A stretch of 64,000 nt of DNA. Origin: Octopus sinensis (taxonomy: Eukaryota). Within the stretch, counting starts at the first letter, position 1; each line of letters begins with the position of its first letter. The notes under the pieces were generated by a model that was given only the letters and a program-made list of their open reading frames with translations, was not told the DNA's origin and did not search any database. Both the position numbers and the translations under genes were made by a program. The DNA lies in contig NW_021832533.1 of assembly GCF_006345805.1 (NCBI RefSeq), forward strand, positions 227,663 to 291,662, read 5' to 3'. Shown one piece after another: positions 23,026 through 34,343 of the stretch.

Positions 23026-24900
23026 CTTTAGATCATCCATAAACAGTAAGTGATTTGTTGTATATGTAATACAACCCTGATCTTGGTTATTAATCATCAC
23101 TTTTGGGTACTTAGCATTCAGAATTCTACTAAGAGGATCCATCACCAGGGCAAAGATTTGAGGTGACAAGGAATCACCCTGGAGTATGCCTCTTTCCAAT
23201 TTTACCTCTCCGATTTCATTATGATTCAGAATTAGCTTTATTCTCCACTTCGTTACAAGGTTCTTCACAAAATTCACAATCCAGCTAGGGAGTCCGGAGT
23301 TTTCAAGCACCTGGAACAGAAAGTCGTGATCTACCGAATCGAACGCTTTCTTTACGTCAATCCAGGTAGAAAACAAATTATTTCCGTTTTGCTTGTGAAT
23401 GCACCGGTTAAGAATTGCTTGTTCCTTTGCCCCTTGACACATTCGCCGAGTTCCCAATTGATTATCGGCAATCAGATTATATGCCTCAATATAATCTCCC
23501 AACTTCCTGTTAACACATTTCGTTGCAAGCTTATATAGGTTAGACATACAAGTAATTGGTCTCAAATCTTTGGGTCCTTGACAAATATCTTTCTTTGGGA
23601 TGAGATATGTGATTCCAGTGTAGAACCACTCATCCGGTATGTATTCACCATGGATTATCTTGACTAGTTCTTCACACAAGTGATCATGGATTGAGGTCAT
23701 TTTTTTAGAAAGAAATTATACACCCCATCACAACCGCTAGCTCTCCAGTTTGGGAGTTGTTTAATTGTTTCAAGGATGCTTTCTTTACTAAACTCTGCAA
23801 ATGTATCCTCTGCCCATGTCACTCTCTTGTTAATATGTAACACATTATCGCTCTTCTCATTTCTACTCCATATTTTTTTCCAATATGAAAAACATTCACT
23901 GTTATTAAACATGAACTCTGCACTCTTTCTCTCATCATTTAAACTGCGATAGAAACAACGCCGATTCAATTCAAAAAACCAATTCTGTTTCCGAAATTCT
24001 TTTCTTGCATCATGGAGTCGAAGTTTCTTCTCAACAATCTTTATTTCGTCTCCAATGCAAGCAGAAATTCTTCCAAGTTCTCCTTTCTTTGCCTTTCGAT
24101 ATCCATATTCACTCAGCGTATCCCTCGTTGCATTATCAAACTTCAAACTTCCTTTTTGATCAATAAGTGTATTAGTCTGTTCGTATTGTTCTTTAAGTTT
24201 AATTAGTTTTGCTTCCATTATTCCTTTCCAGTTGTTATTCTTAGGAGAGTATTTTGTGAGAGCTTGGTATGTCAGCTGTGCAGCATAAACGATATCGGTG
24301 ATATCATTCAAATTGACAGGAGGGTTGGTCTTTATATATTCATTAATCACTGCATTTATTCCAGACAATATTTCTTTTTTAAGTAGTTGATATGGGACTT
24401 TTTTGGTCGGCTTTCGTTTTTTTCTAGAGATAGATTTTACTTGCCCTATTTGGGAAGAAAATTCAATTGAGCAATCTCTAAAATTAGAGATTTCAGTCTT
24501 GTGATTCTTTTCTTGATCCAATGGAGAGTTAGACTTTGTTCCCGTCATCTTAGCCAGACTCTTCACATTCGCCACAGATTTGGACGTGAGGAACTTTTCG
24601 TTAAAAGCCTGAGTAAACATAGGCCATCCACCACGTGGTATTCTTTTGAATCTTGCTCGAGAAACGTTAACCACTTCATTCGCCCATTTGATCATGTCCA
24701 CCTGCGTTACTTGATCGATGATAGCCCGTAGAGTTAACAGATTAGCAGGACAATCCGGTTGCGACACCGAATTTGGAGGGGGAATATCAGATTCTTGCGT
24801 TCCAAGCTGCCCACGGACCACACGATCTACGTTATTATTGGTTTCTCTTTCATTATCTTACGTAGATAGGTCCATTGGAAATGTTTCATTAGACCCAGTA
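23026..24900 (-). mobile_element. RLE-group non-LTR retrotransposon (R4/Dong-like RT), interrupted by the hAT
   Basis: RT motifs GITYLIPK, LRPITC, GAKEQ, WIDVKKAFDSV, GILQGDSLSP and NHLLFMDDLK. Upstream ORF 23697..24821 joins by frameshift in a T run. Confidence 0.85.
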
Positions 24901-24949
24901 GAAACAAACATGCACGTAACAACCAATAATATTTTATAGTTGAAACATG

Positions 24950-25974
24950 AACTTACAATATAGATTAAGTATTTCTTTTTATATACAAATGACTGAATAC
25001 ATAAAATTATTTATATTCAAAAAAATCAGAAATTTTATTTTTTTTAATTAATTTTCTTAACATTTCCCCAATTCGCATAATATTTTCATGATCATCTATA
25101 TCTGCATTTACCTGAGAAGCATAAGTTTTAATAATCTCTAAAGCTCTGAAAGCTTCTGAGAGATCAACTTTTTTCTCATTTGATTCCTCTTCAATAATTG
25201 TTTCCTAAGTATAATTATAAATAAAATCACTAACTGATTGAACTTTTTTTGACTGTAATGTACCAGCTTGTTCAGATTTGTCTAAAAATTCCATTAGCTC
25301 TTCATTTTCAGTATATCCGTAATCAACAAATTCACTATAAGTTGGATCGTCAATTTGACCTTGGACTGAAATTTTCTTAACTTGACACCATTTCGTAATT
25401 TAAACTTTTCTAGCCACCCACGACTTTCTTTGAATTCTGGAAAATTTTTTCCAAATTTAAGAGCTTTTGCAATTAACATTGAATCTGATAGAATTGCTCC
25501 ACTAGATTCCATTAAGTTAATCCATGTTATCATCGCTACATCAATTTCATTAAATTTGAGTTTTGGAATTCTCGTTATGTTTAATTTTTTGATGTCAGTC
25601 CTATTCAAAAGGTCCGATTTTGATTTAAGGTCGTTTATAGTTCTCGGAGAAATTTTCTTTTTTAACCGTGAAGAAAAAATCCTGGAAATTTGAGGTGAAC
25701 GAATGGGTTGTCAGAAATATAACGTAGTATAGAAATTTTTTCGTTGATAGAAAGTCTAACACAACGACGCATCACAAAAATACAATTTAACGTGTAATGA
25801 GAATTTTAAAATGTTAATTAATTTAACTTACAATTAGATAAAAAAATTATTTTTCATAATACTTGAGGAGCGGATTCGAGAAACAAGCGGATTCAAGAAT
25901 CATTCATAGGAAATTTCAAATTTTTGATTAAAACAAGCGGATTCGAGAAGCAGCGGATTCGAGAGGTTTCACTG
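24950..25974 (-). mobile_element. pogo/Tigger-like deletion derivative with CENP-B-type HTH
   Basis: ORF 25294..25608 has FKESRGWLEKFKLRNG. Terminus TA|CAGTGAAACCTCTCGAATCCGC at 25974 with GCGGATTCGAG repeats. Left end uncertain. Confidence 0.7.
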
Positions 25975-25989
25975 TAATTAAATTCACAT

Positions 25990-27070
25990 TTTTGTTTGTT
26001 CATTTTATTTAACCCAAGAATGTGTTAAAAGATTAATCAATGAAAAGGCCAGCGGCCGGACGGATTGCCAAACTGTTCCCCCGGATAACGGCGATCAAGA
26101 ACTGTTGGAAAACCCAGTCCACCTTCCGAGGATCTTCAGTGCGCATTGAGATTTGTGTCTTGAGCTTGCGGAGGAATTTTTCCGTCTTTGAATTAAGAGC
26201 ACCCGACGTCTCCACCGCTATCGACAACACGAAAAACTCATCCGAAATGGCAGAATATTTGGTTAGCTTTAAATCTTCAACCTGCTTAGCAGCAGATTTA
26301 GCCTCTAGAGCACACGAAGTTAAATGTGAAGCAGAAAAAGTGTCCCAGCAGGTTGCATCCCATACGAAGACTTTTCCGCCCTCAAAAGGGAAAAGGGTCA
26401 TCCCAACAGAACGTTCCCGTCACCGCGGTCAAGACCCGGTGGTTCGAGGACCGAAGGAAATCCCGCCGAATTAAGGGCCCTCCGTATGATGTCATTCAAA
26501 GCAGAGTGTTTTGGAAACCATCCGGCACTCCTCCTGCACGATAAAGGATGCAAACCGAAAGGCTCAACAGGGCAGCCACAACGATACACGTGCGGGACAC
26601 ATTGCCTTAGCTCGAGGCGCAGAGAGATTCCAATTTTTACCGATTCATCGTCGAGGAGAGTGCCAGATGGGGCGTTCGGGAATGCTCGAGCAGCAGATTG
26701 AAAGTTTGCTTGCATCCTATTCGATCCCAGTTTCGTTGAGACATTTGATCTTCCGGAAAGTCAAGACCTTGTTTCCTCCAGACTTTGCTGAAATGAACCA
26801 CATTTGTGTCCAAGGAAAATTCAGAAAAGGAGCGTAGAATTTCCATGACAAGGGTGTGAATCACCAGCAGTTAAAAAAACATAAACTCTCAGCCACGGCG
26901 GCGAATCACGTAACAAGTATTGCAATGGATGTTGGGGCAATCAATAAGCGACTGAATGAAGAAAGTAGCCACCACGAGACATCAGTGGAACTTGTCAAAC
27001 ACACGAAAGCTGTATCCTGGCCTATGAATCTGGCAGAAAGAGGCGGATCGACAGCAAAGAAGAGATAATG
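25990..27070 (-). mobile_element. CRE-like RLE non-LTR element, 3' part, degenerate
   Basis: CGC..GLHPLSC, HSALNDIIRRAL..LEPPGLDRGDG, VWDATC, IAVETSG and IAVIRGN in ORFs 26398..26715 and 26033..26401. Confidence 0.8.
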
Positions 27071-28301
27071 AAGTTGAGATGTGTGTCAGCTTGTGGAATA
27101 TTGAGTGAATATAAGAATGGGGGCCAACGGATATATTGTCCAGGATGAGTTTGGCAATGAAAATAGAGTGTTTGTTGTGGAGTACTCCTTTGGTGTCGCC
27201 ACGGACTGTTCCGCCATTTCTATTGTCTTGTGAGGCATCTCCTTCACTTCACAGTAAAAAACCGCCAAGTTGAAGAAAGGCCCTAGTCGGTTGAGGTTGT
27301 CGGGCTGCAGAGAGAACAGAGACAATTAATGTGCTTACGAATAGGCCTCTAAGATTTGTATCACCTCCTCTACACATGTAAAATGGGAGATTTTCTTGGT
27401 GGGGTCGACTATTTCCGTCTTGTAGCAGAGATGGTCGTCGACTGTCTTGTAGTATTACACCCTAATCTCGGGTGAGTGAGATTGGTGGGGCAGTCCAACA
27501 CAATACTGCAAACTTCTTCCCTCTCCTTCTCAATCATTCCATTTATCAGACATCTCGTCAATCGATTTCAGCAGTCGGTGTGACGTAGGTGGCATCCAAT
27601 CAGTGTTTTGTAGGTAATTGAAACCAGGCATTTCTCCTCTTGCTCAATTCTCTACAATTCCTTTGTTAATCATCTTGACTGCTTCCGAAACAGAAACCAC
27701 TGCGACACCGCTTGCCTAAAATTTTTTCTTATATGCTATCCGTGGATTAGCACTGCTTGGATGGACGTAAATAATACACAATCTCCCTCTGCTTTAATAA
27801 ATGTGGCATTCCAGCAAAAATATATGATTTAAACGACAATGATGAAAAAAATAGTGTTCTATCTTTTTGTGAATAGAGACGGAGTAGGTTTAAAAGTATT
27901 ACAAAGTGTTCTATCTCCTATATCGAAAGATTATTTGTTCAAGGCCCGACGAGAACATACATTCTGGCACTTGTAATGAAAAAGACACTAGAAAGCATAG
28001 GAATGGGAATTAATATGCCTAATAAAGAAGTCATTACGGCAGTTGTTTGCAATGACAAACTAATAATGCGAAAACCCCAGATGAAACAAATTGACAAATT
28101 ATAAATGACTCTGAGCATGAAAGTAAATGTGGAAATAATGAGTTATGGAGTCCCCTAAGATGAGAAAAATTTCCAAAAACTAGGATCAATAATTACTTAA
28201 TTTCTTATTATTTTTGGTTTTGGATTTAGTTAATAAAGTTTTTAATTTATTTGTTGTCTAACCAATGAGTTATTCGCAATAAAATATTAGCTTTAATTAG
28301 A

Positions 28302-29102
28302 ATGCTTTCACTTGTCCTACTTTTTGTTCACGTAGTGGTCCAAAGAGACTGTGATTTAACAGAAGAGTTTTTGAAAAATTGCTTATTTGAATTAGAGATT
28401 TGGAATACTGTGAATTCAATGGAGAAAATGCTGCAGGACATAACACAAGAATTTACATTTATAGCAACGTTGTATTTCCAAATGGAGAAATATTCGCGAA
28501 TTTAACAAACTTGGAGGATTTGTAATTAACATTTTATTAACACTAGTTACTGTAATGGAAACTCGCTAAAGAGAATACTAAACAACTCATTTGACGGGTT
28601 GAATCACCTAGACCATATGTACATTCAAATATTTTGAATCACTAGATCACTGTATCGGTGTAGTGACCTTCGTTACGTGAACGTAGATGCATTTGCACGT
28701 CTAGTCGCATTTTCAACTCTGTACAAATCTTATTCTAACATTAAAGTTACATGCCACCAAATACCATTTTCCAGAGGCCAAAAATCAGTCGTCCCCTCTA
28801 CATGAAGTATTTTAACTTACTGACTTTGTAGTATTAATGACGGCCAGAAAATGTGCATATTCACAAATGGGTCCCAACCCATAATGTATACTTATATATT
28901 CAAATATAAGGATTACAACATTGACATATAAGCTAAATATCAAATTAACTGATAAAAGTGTAGAAATGGATCCATTTACAACTCCAGACGCAACACTAAT
29001 CACTGAGGAAGCCTACGGTGTGTTATTTTACTCACAATAGATTGCAACCTCTGCCGATATCCCGGATCAAGCAATCTTCTATGCTGGAAGGATTGCTTTT
29101 GA
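28302..29102 (+). CDS. Small secreted LRR protein, copy B (8 exons, 206 aa)
   Basis: Removing seven GT-AG introns (29,25,27,26,25,25,23 nt) leaves 621 nt open: MLSLVLLFVHVVVQRDC...FANLTNLEDFYCNGNSLKRILNNSFDGLNHLDHISLYRCSDLRYVNVDAFARLVAFSTL...DCNLCRYPGSSNLLCWKDCF*. Confidence 0.85.
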
Positions 29103-29848
29103 CCTACATTTCGGATGTTACTAATTGACTAACCTAATTATTTGCTTTAATATTTCCTTGTTCCTCTTTTGCGACACCACTTGCCAAAAATTCTTTTTTA
29201 GATGCTATTAATGGATTAGCACAGCTTAGATGGATGTGAAATAAAACACAATCTTCCCCTGCTTTAATAAGTGTGGCGTTCCTGTAAAAATATAATTTAC
29301 ACAACAATCATGCAAACAATTTAGTGTTCATATCCCTCATGAATAAACTAGTCGGTAATCACGTGACAGAAGAAGAATTTGTCAACTTGGACTTTTAACT
29401 ACCCACTGAAAATCTCAATGAATAGGAATCATTCCCCGTTGGCCAATACAAACAGTCTCAGCTTCTGAAGATAATGACGATGACTCAGATAAGCAAACAG
29501 GCCAGAAAATATAGAGAAATTACTACGCACAAATGTTCAAAAAATGCTAAATCTGCCACTTTGTTTGCATTCAAGACCCTGCATTACTCGATCCCGTCGA
29601 CAGACTGATCTATCCAAAAAATAAAACGATTGCTAAATCGAGGCTAAAAACGAGCCAATCCTTATTGACAAATTTTTATTAATATCACTTTGTCGTTATA
29701 AGTAAATTTGATGTGCAATATACCGGTCTCCTCTCTATAGGAATCGGTTTAGAGTGATTTGATTGTATATAATAAAATTATTTGTCACCCTTCGTCCCCT
29801 TTGTCGTATATTTATTTTGAAGGAATAATAATTAAGTAATAATGAAAT

Positions 29849-31328
29849 GAGAGATTCCAATTTTTACCGATTCATCGTCGAGGAGAGTGCCAGATGGGAC
29901 GTTCGGGAATGCTCGAGCAGCAGATTGAAAGTTTGCTTGCATCCTATTCGATCCCAGTTTCGTTGAGACATTTGATCTTCCGGAAAGTCAAGACCTTGTT
30001 TCCTCCAGACTTTGCTAAAATGAACCAGTTGTTTGCAATGACAAACTAATAATGCGAAAACCCCAGATGAAACAAATTGACAAATTATAAATGACTCTGA
30101 GCATGAAAGTAAATGTGGAAATAATGAGTTATGGAGTCCCCTAAGATGAGAAAAATTTCCAAAAACTAGGATCAATAATTACTTAATTTCTTATTATTTT
30201 CGGTTTTGGATTTAGTTAATAAAGTTTTTAATTTATTTGTTGTCTAACCAATGAGTTATTCGCAATAAAATATTAGCTTTAATTAGAATGCTTTCACTTG
30301 TCCTACTTTTTGTTCACGTAGTGGTCCAAAGAGACTGTGATTTAACAGAAGAGTTTTTGAAAAATTTCTTATTTGAATTAGAGATTTGCAAAACTGTGAA
30401 TTCAATGGAGTAAATGCTGCAGGACATAACACAAGAATTTTCATTTTGAGCAACGTTGCACTTCCAAATGGAGAAATATTCTCGAATTTAACGAACTTGG
30501 AGAAATTGTAATCAACATTTTATTAATACTAGTTACTGTGAGGGAGACTCGCTAAAGAGAATACTAAACAACTCATTTGACGGGTTGAAATACCTATACT
30601 ATATGTACATTCAAATATTTTGAATCACTAGAGAACTGTATTACTGTAGTGACCTTCGTTACGTGAACGTAGATGCCTTTGCACGTTTAGTCGCATTATC
30701 ATATCTGTACAAATCTTATTCTAACATTAAAGTTACATGCCATCAAATACCATTTTCCAGAAGCCAAAAATCAGTCGTCCCCTCAAAATAGGGTATTTTA
30801 ACTTACTGACTTTGTAGAATTTATCCAGGCCAGAAAATGTGCATATTCACAAATGGGTCCCAACCCATAATGTATACTTATATATTCAAATATAAGGATT
30901 ACAACATTGACATATAAGCTAAATATCAAATTAACTGATAAAAGTGTAGAAATAAATCGAGACGCAACACTAATCAGTGAGGAAGCCTATGGTGTGTTAT
31001 TTTACTCACAATAGATTGCAACCTCTGCCGATATCCCGCATCAAGCAATCTTCTATGCCGGAAGGATTGCTTTTGACTTACATTTCGGATGTTACTAATT
31101 GACTAACCTAATTATTTGCTTTAATATTTCCTTGTTCCTCTTTTGCGACACCACTTGCCAAAAATTCTTTTTTAGATGCTATTCATGGATTAGCACAGCT
31201 TGGATGGATGTGAAATAAAACACAATCTTCCCCTGCTTTAATAAGTGTGGCGTTCCTGTAAAAATGTAATTTACACAACAATCATGCAAACAATTTAGTG
31301 TTCATATCCCTCATGAATAAACTAGTCG
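29849..31328 (+). repeat. Recent local duplication of 26623-26800 plus 28040-29353
   Basis: Near-identical non-coding sequence. The two source blocks are joined at a CA microhomology near 30027, implying a ~1.24-kb deletion in this copy. Confidence 0.9.
30288..31076 (+). CDS. Small secreted LRR protein, copy C (8 exons, 202 aa)
   Basis: Same seven introns; 609 nt open: ...FSNLTNLEKFYCEGDSLKRILNNSFDGLKYLYYIELYYCSDLRYVNVDAFARLVALSYL...DCNLCRYPASSNLLCRKDCF*. Confidence 0.85.
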
Positions 31329-32075
31329 TATTTGTACGACTGTGAGTTCAATGGAGAACATGCTGCGAGACATACAACAACAATTAAAATTACGAGAAAC
31401 TTTACATTTTCATATGAAGAAATATTCTCGAATTTAACAAACTTGGAGACATTGTGATCAACATTTTATTAACACTAGTCAATGTGATGGAGACTCGCCA
31501 AAGAGAATACTAAACAACTCATTTTATGGCTTGATTTACCTACACTATATGTACATTCAAATATTTTGAATCATTTGATCACTTTAGTAAACTTCGTTAC
31601 GTGAATGTAGATGCCTTTGAACGTTTAGTCGCATTATCATCTCTGTACAAATCTTATTCTAACATTAAAGTTACATACCATCAAATTCCATTTTCCAGTC
31701 GCGTTTAATTTAAGAACAATCGTCCCCTCAACCTTCTGTATTTTAAATTACTGAGTGTATAGTATTATTGATGGCCAGAAAATGTGTATATTCACGAATG
31801 GGGCGCTACCCATAATGAATACTTGGATATTCACCTATAAGGATTACGAGATTGCCGATCAGTACTTATTCGTTCGCCACCTTGTTATTAACTAACAAAA
31901 GTGTGAATATAAAACCAGATATATTTTTCCAAGCAATACTAAAATTGGAGCGAGCAGATGATAGATTAGTTTACTCATAATAGATTGCAACCTCTGCTAC
32001 CATCCCACCCCAATAAACATGATATGCAAAAAGGATCGTGATCAATCAAAAATTCGAATATCAGTTATTAACTAA
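31329..32075 (+). pseudogene. LRR family copy D, lacking the signal-peptide exon
   Basis: Starts at the exon 2 homologue. Frameshift near 31390, acceptor changed to TG near 31577, last donor AT instead of GT. Ends DCNLCYHPTPINMICKKD. Confidence 0.75.
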
Positions 32076-32159
32076 CCTAGTTATTTGTTCTAATATTTCC
32101 TTGTTCTACTTCTTATGTGTTGTTACATGGAGTAGTCACAGTCAAAGATACATGATCTC

Positions 32160-33549
32160 TTACAAATATATGTCACAGGCGCTGTGAGCGACCGAGCGCA
32201 GCGAGCGACTTTGACTACAAATAAAAATATATGATGATAAATAATATAGCCCAACCTGTACAGTAATCGTATATATCTTTTGGTGTGGATGCCACATTCG
32301 AGTACAATCAGTGTCCTCCACCACCACACAGCTTACGTTGACACTAATTGTGGGGAGGACACTCGAATAATTAAGGAGTATCAGATTGTACTCATTACTT
32401 GAAACCCTCGACAACACAATAGTCTCCGAATTAGTACTGCACTCCACATCTACTCCCCCACTCACACTCAATCGGTCTATTACAGTTGTCTCCTTTCTCA
32501 CATCTAACACAGGAAAAATCACAGCATTCGCCCATTTCAATGTGACATTCTTCTCTTTAATCGTATCCACTTGGATTGTATACACTCCCACTCTGTTGTT
32601 GGTGTAGTTCACATCCACATCAAATACATCATTCAACACTTTATATGTGCCGACCGGTGTAATCTCTCCACTATCCGTCAAAGAATATATTCCGTTGATG
32701 GTTGTATGCGAATACGTTGGCATTCCGTATTTTGCGATCTCCTCGTCCGTGGGTTGGATTGTGATCAAATGTTTTCCGCTTACCGGGACTTTTTTGAGGA
32801 TGACGTCGTAGAACTGAATGGGAGTGTTGTGGGAGGAGTTGAATGTGATGGCAATGTCCATGAATGACCAGTAGTGTATGTCGAGTTGGTCAAAGGCAAT
32901 GACTCGCAGGTTAATGGGGGAGAGGGGAGTGAGGGAGGAGTGGCATACAAGAGTGGGGGATGATTTGTTATTTGTGAGGGAGAACTGACTATCCCCCACC
33001 ACTTCATACCATGTCTGTGCATTCACCCCCGAGTCTTTATCCACTGCTCTCGGGAAGTGGATAATTAACCCAGTTGATAATCCTCCCAGTGTTATGTTCC
33101 GTTTATTTCTTGGGAATATTGGGGGGTTGTCATTTATGTCCAGGACCTGCCACTTTAGTTCACCAGTTCTTACTGTTATATATATTTCGACTGTGTATGA
33201 TTCGTAATCTTTTAGAAGTGTGATTTCTAAGAATATAACACCATATTTAAATCCAGAACGAGGTCCGTCGTAGTCTATTCGATCAACCACCTAATTTAAT
33301 TAAGTTATATTCATTTAACCATTATTTCTCCAAATATATTAGCCGAGAAATACACATTTGAATACTTAATATCTGTGTAGTATCCACATTGCACACCAGT
33401 CCCTTGGCAGAAGTTGTATACGACAGTGCCAACAGGAATCTCTTCTTTTATTGTCTTGTATAGTTTTATTCTCTCAGAGTGAATGAAAGTGGCGAGTAAA
33501 GTGAGTAGTAGAGTATTCTATATAAGTTAGTGTTTACACTGCCAACCAT
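32160..33549 (-). CDS. Cadherin-family protein (signal peptide plus about 4 EC repeats; no TM found, probably 3'-truncated)
   Basis: ATG, 29-nt intron, NTLLLTLLATFIHS...EEIPVGT, 29-nt intron, then ORF with RIDYD, VLDINDNPPIF, AVDKDSGVNA and VIAFD. Confidence 0.8.
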
Positions 33550-34343
33550 TAAGGAGGATTAGCATCGCCGGAATATTTGTTTATATACTGTTTAATAACC
33601 CGGGAATCGTAGTTTGAGATTTATTTTGACCAATCTGATTCATTCCGGGTGGTGGAGTACTTATTGGAATTCCACTGTTATCACTTCGGCTAAAGGAAGG
33701 CTCCATGCATCTAATGTGGAACCTGAATTGACGCCCTCATCAGTGATCTCACTGCGTAACCGGATGTCTTCATCGGCCACACTACAAAAAAAGGGGACAA
33801 GATGAAGCGGAGACACATTCATTTGAATTAGTTAGTTTCTTGATAACATGTTCTCTTTCTGTCTTGATCTTTATAAAAAAAGTGTGGCCGAATAGCGAGA
33901 TGTCAACATGTTGTTTAAATCTTGCGGCATGGCTAATCACGATTAAATCTGACTAGGCGATAAACAAATCATGGATTGTTTTCCATAATACGTTTGATGG
34001 CCCAATGCACAAAAACACTCCAAAATCGTCAATAACATATGTTAAGCACTAAGTTCGACTTACTGAGAAATGACCTTTCGATCGTCAATCCCAAATTGTA
34101 ATTAATTATCCTGATATGGACACCTTTTGTTTATAATAAGTGTCATCTCAGTCCACCTTAATGCGACAAAACATTAAATGAATGCATTTAGTAGAAAAAC
34201 TAGCCTGCTAAAGTACAATTTGCCACCCACAGGGGGTGGTTGGTTGAAATCCTACCTCTGTAAGACAACTGGCTGTATCATTAAAACTCCTAACTTAGTC
34301 TGCAAATATAAAACAACGATGAAATAACCACACTTTAGTTAAG

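Noticed and set aside
27070-27650. Possible host gene fragment
   Set aside because: GC-elevated, but I could not derive a consistent spliced frame or recognise a motif.
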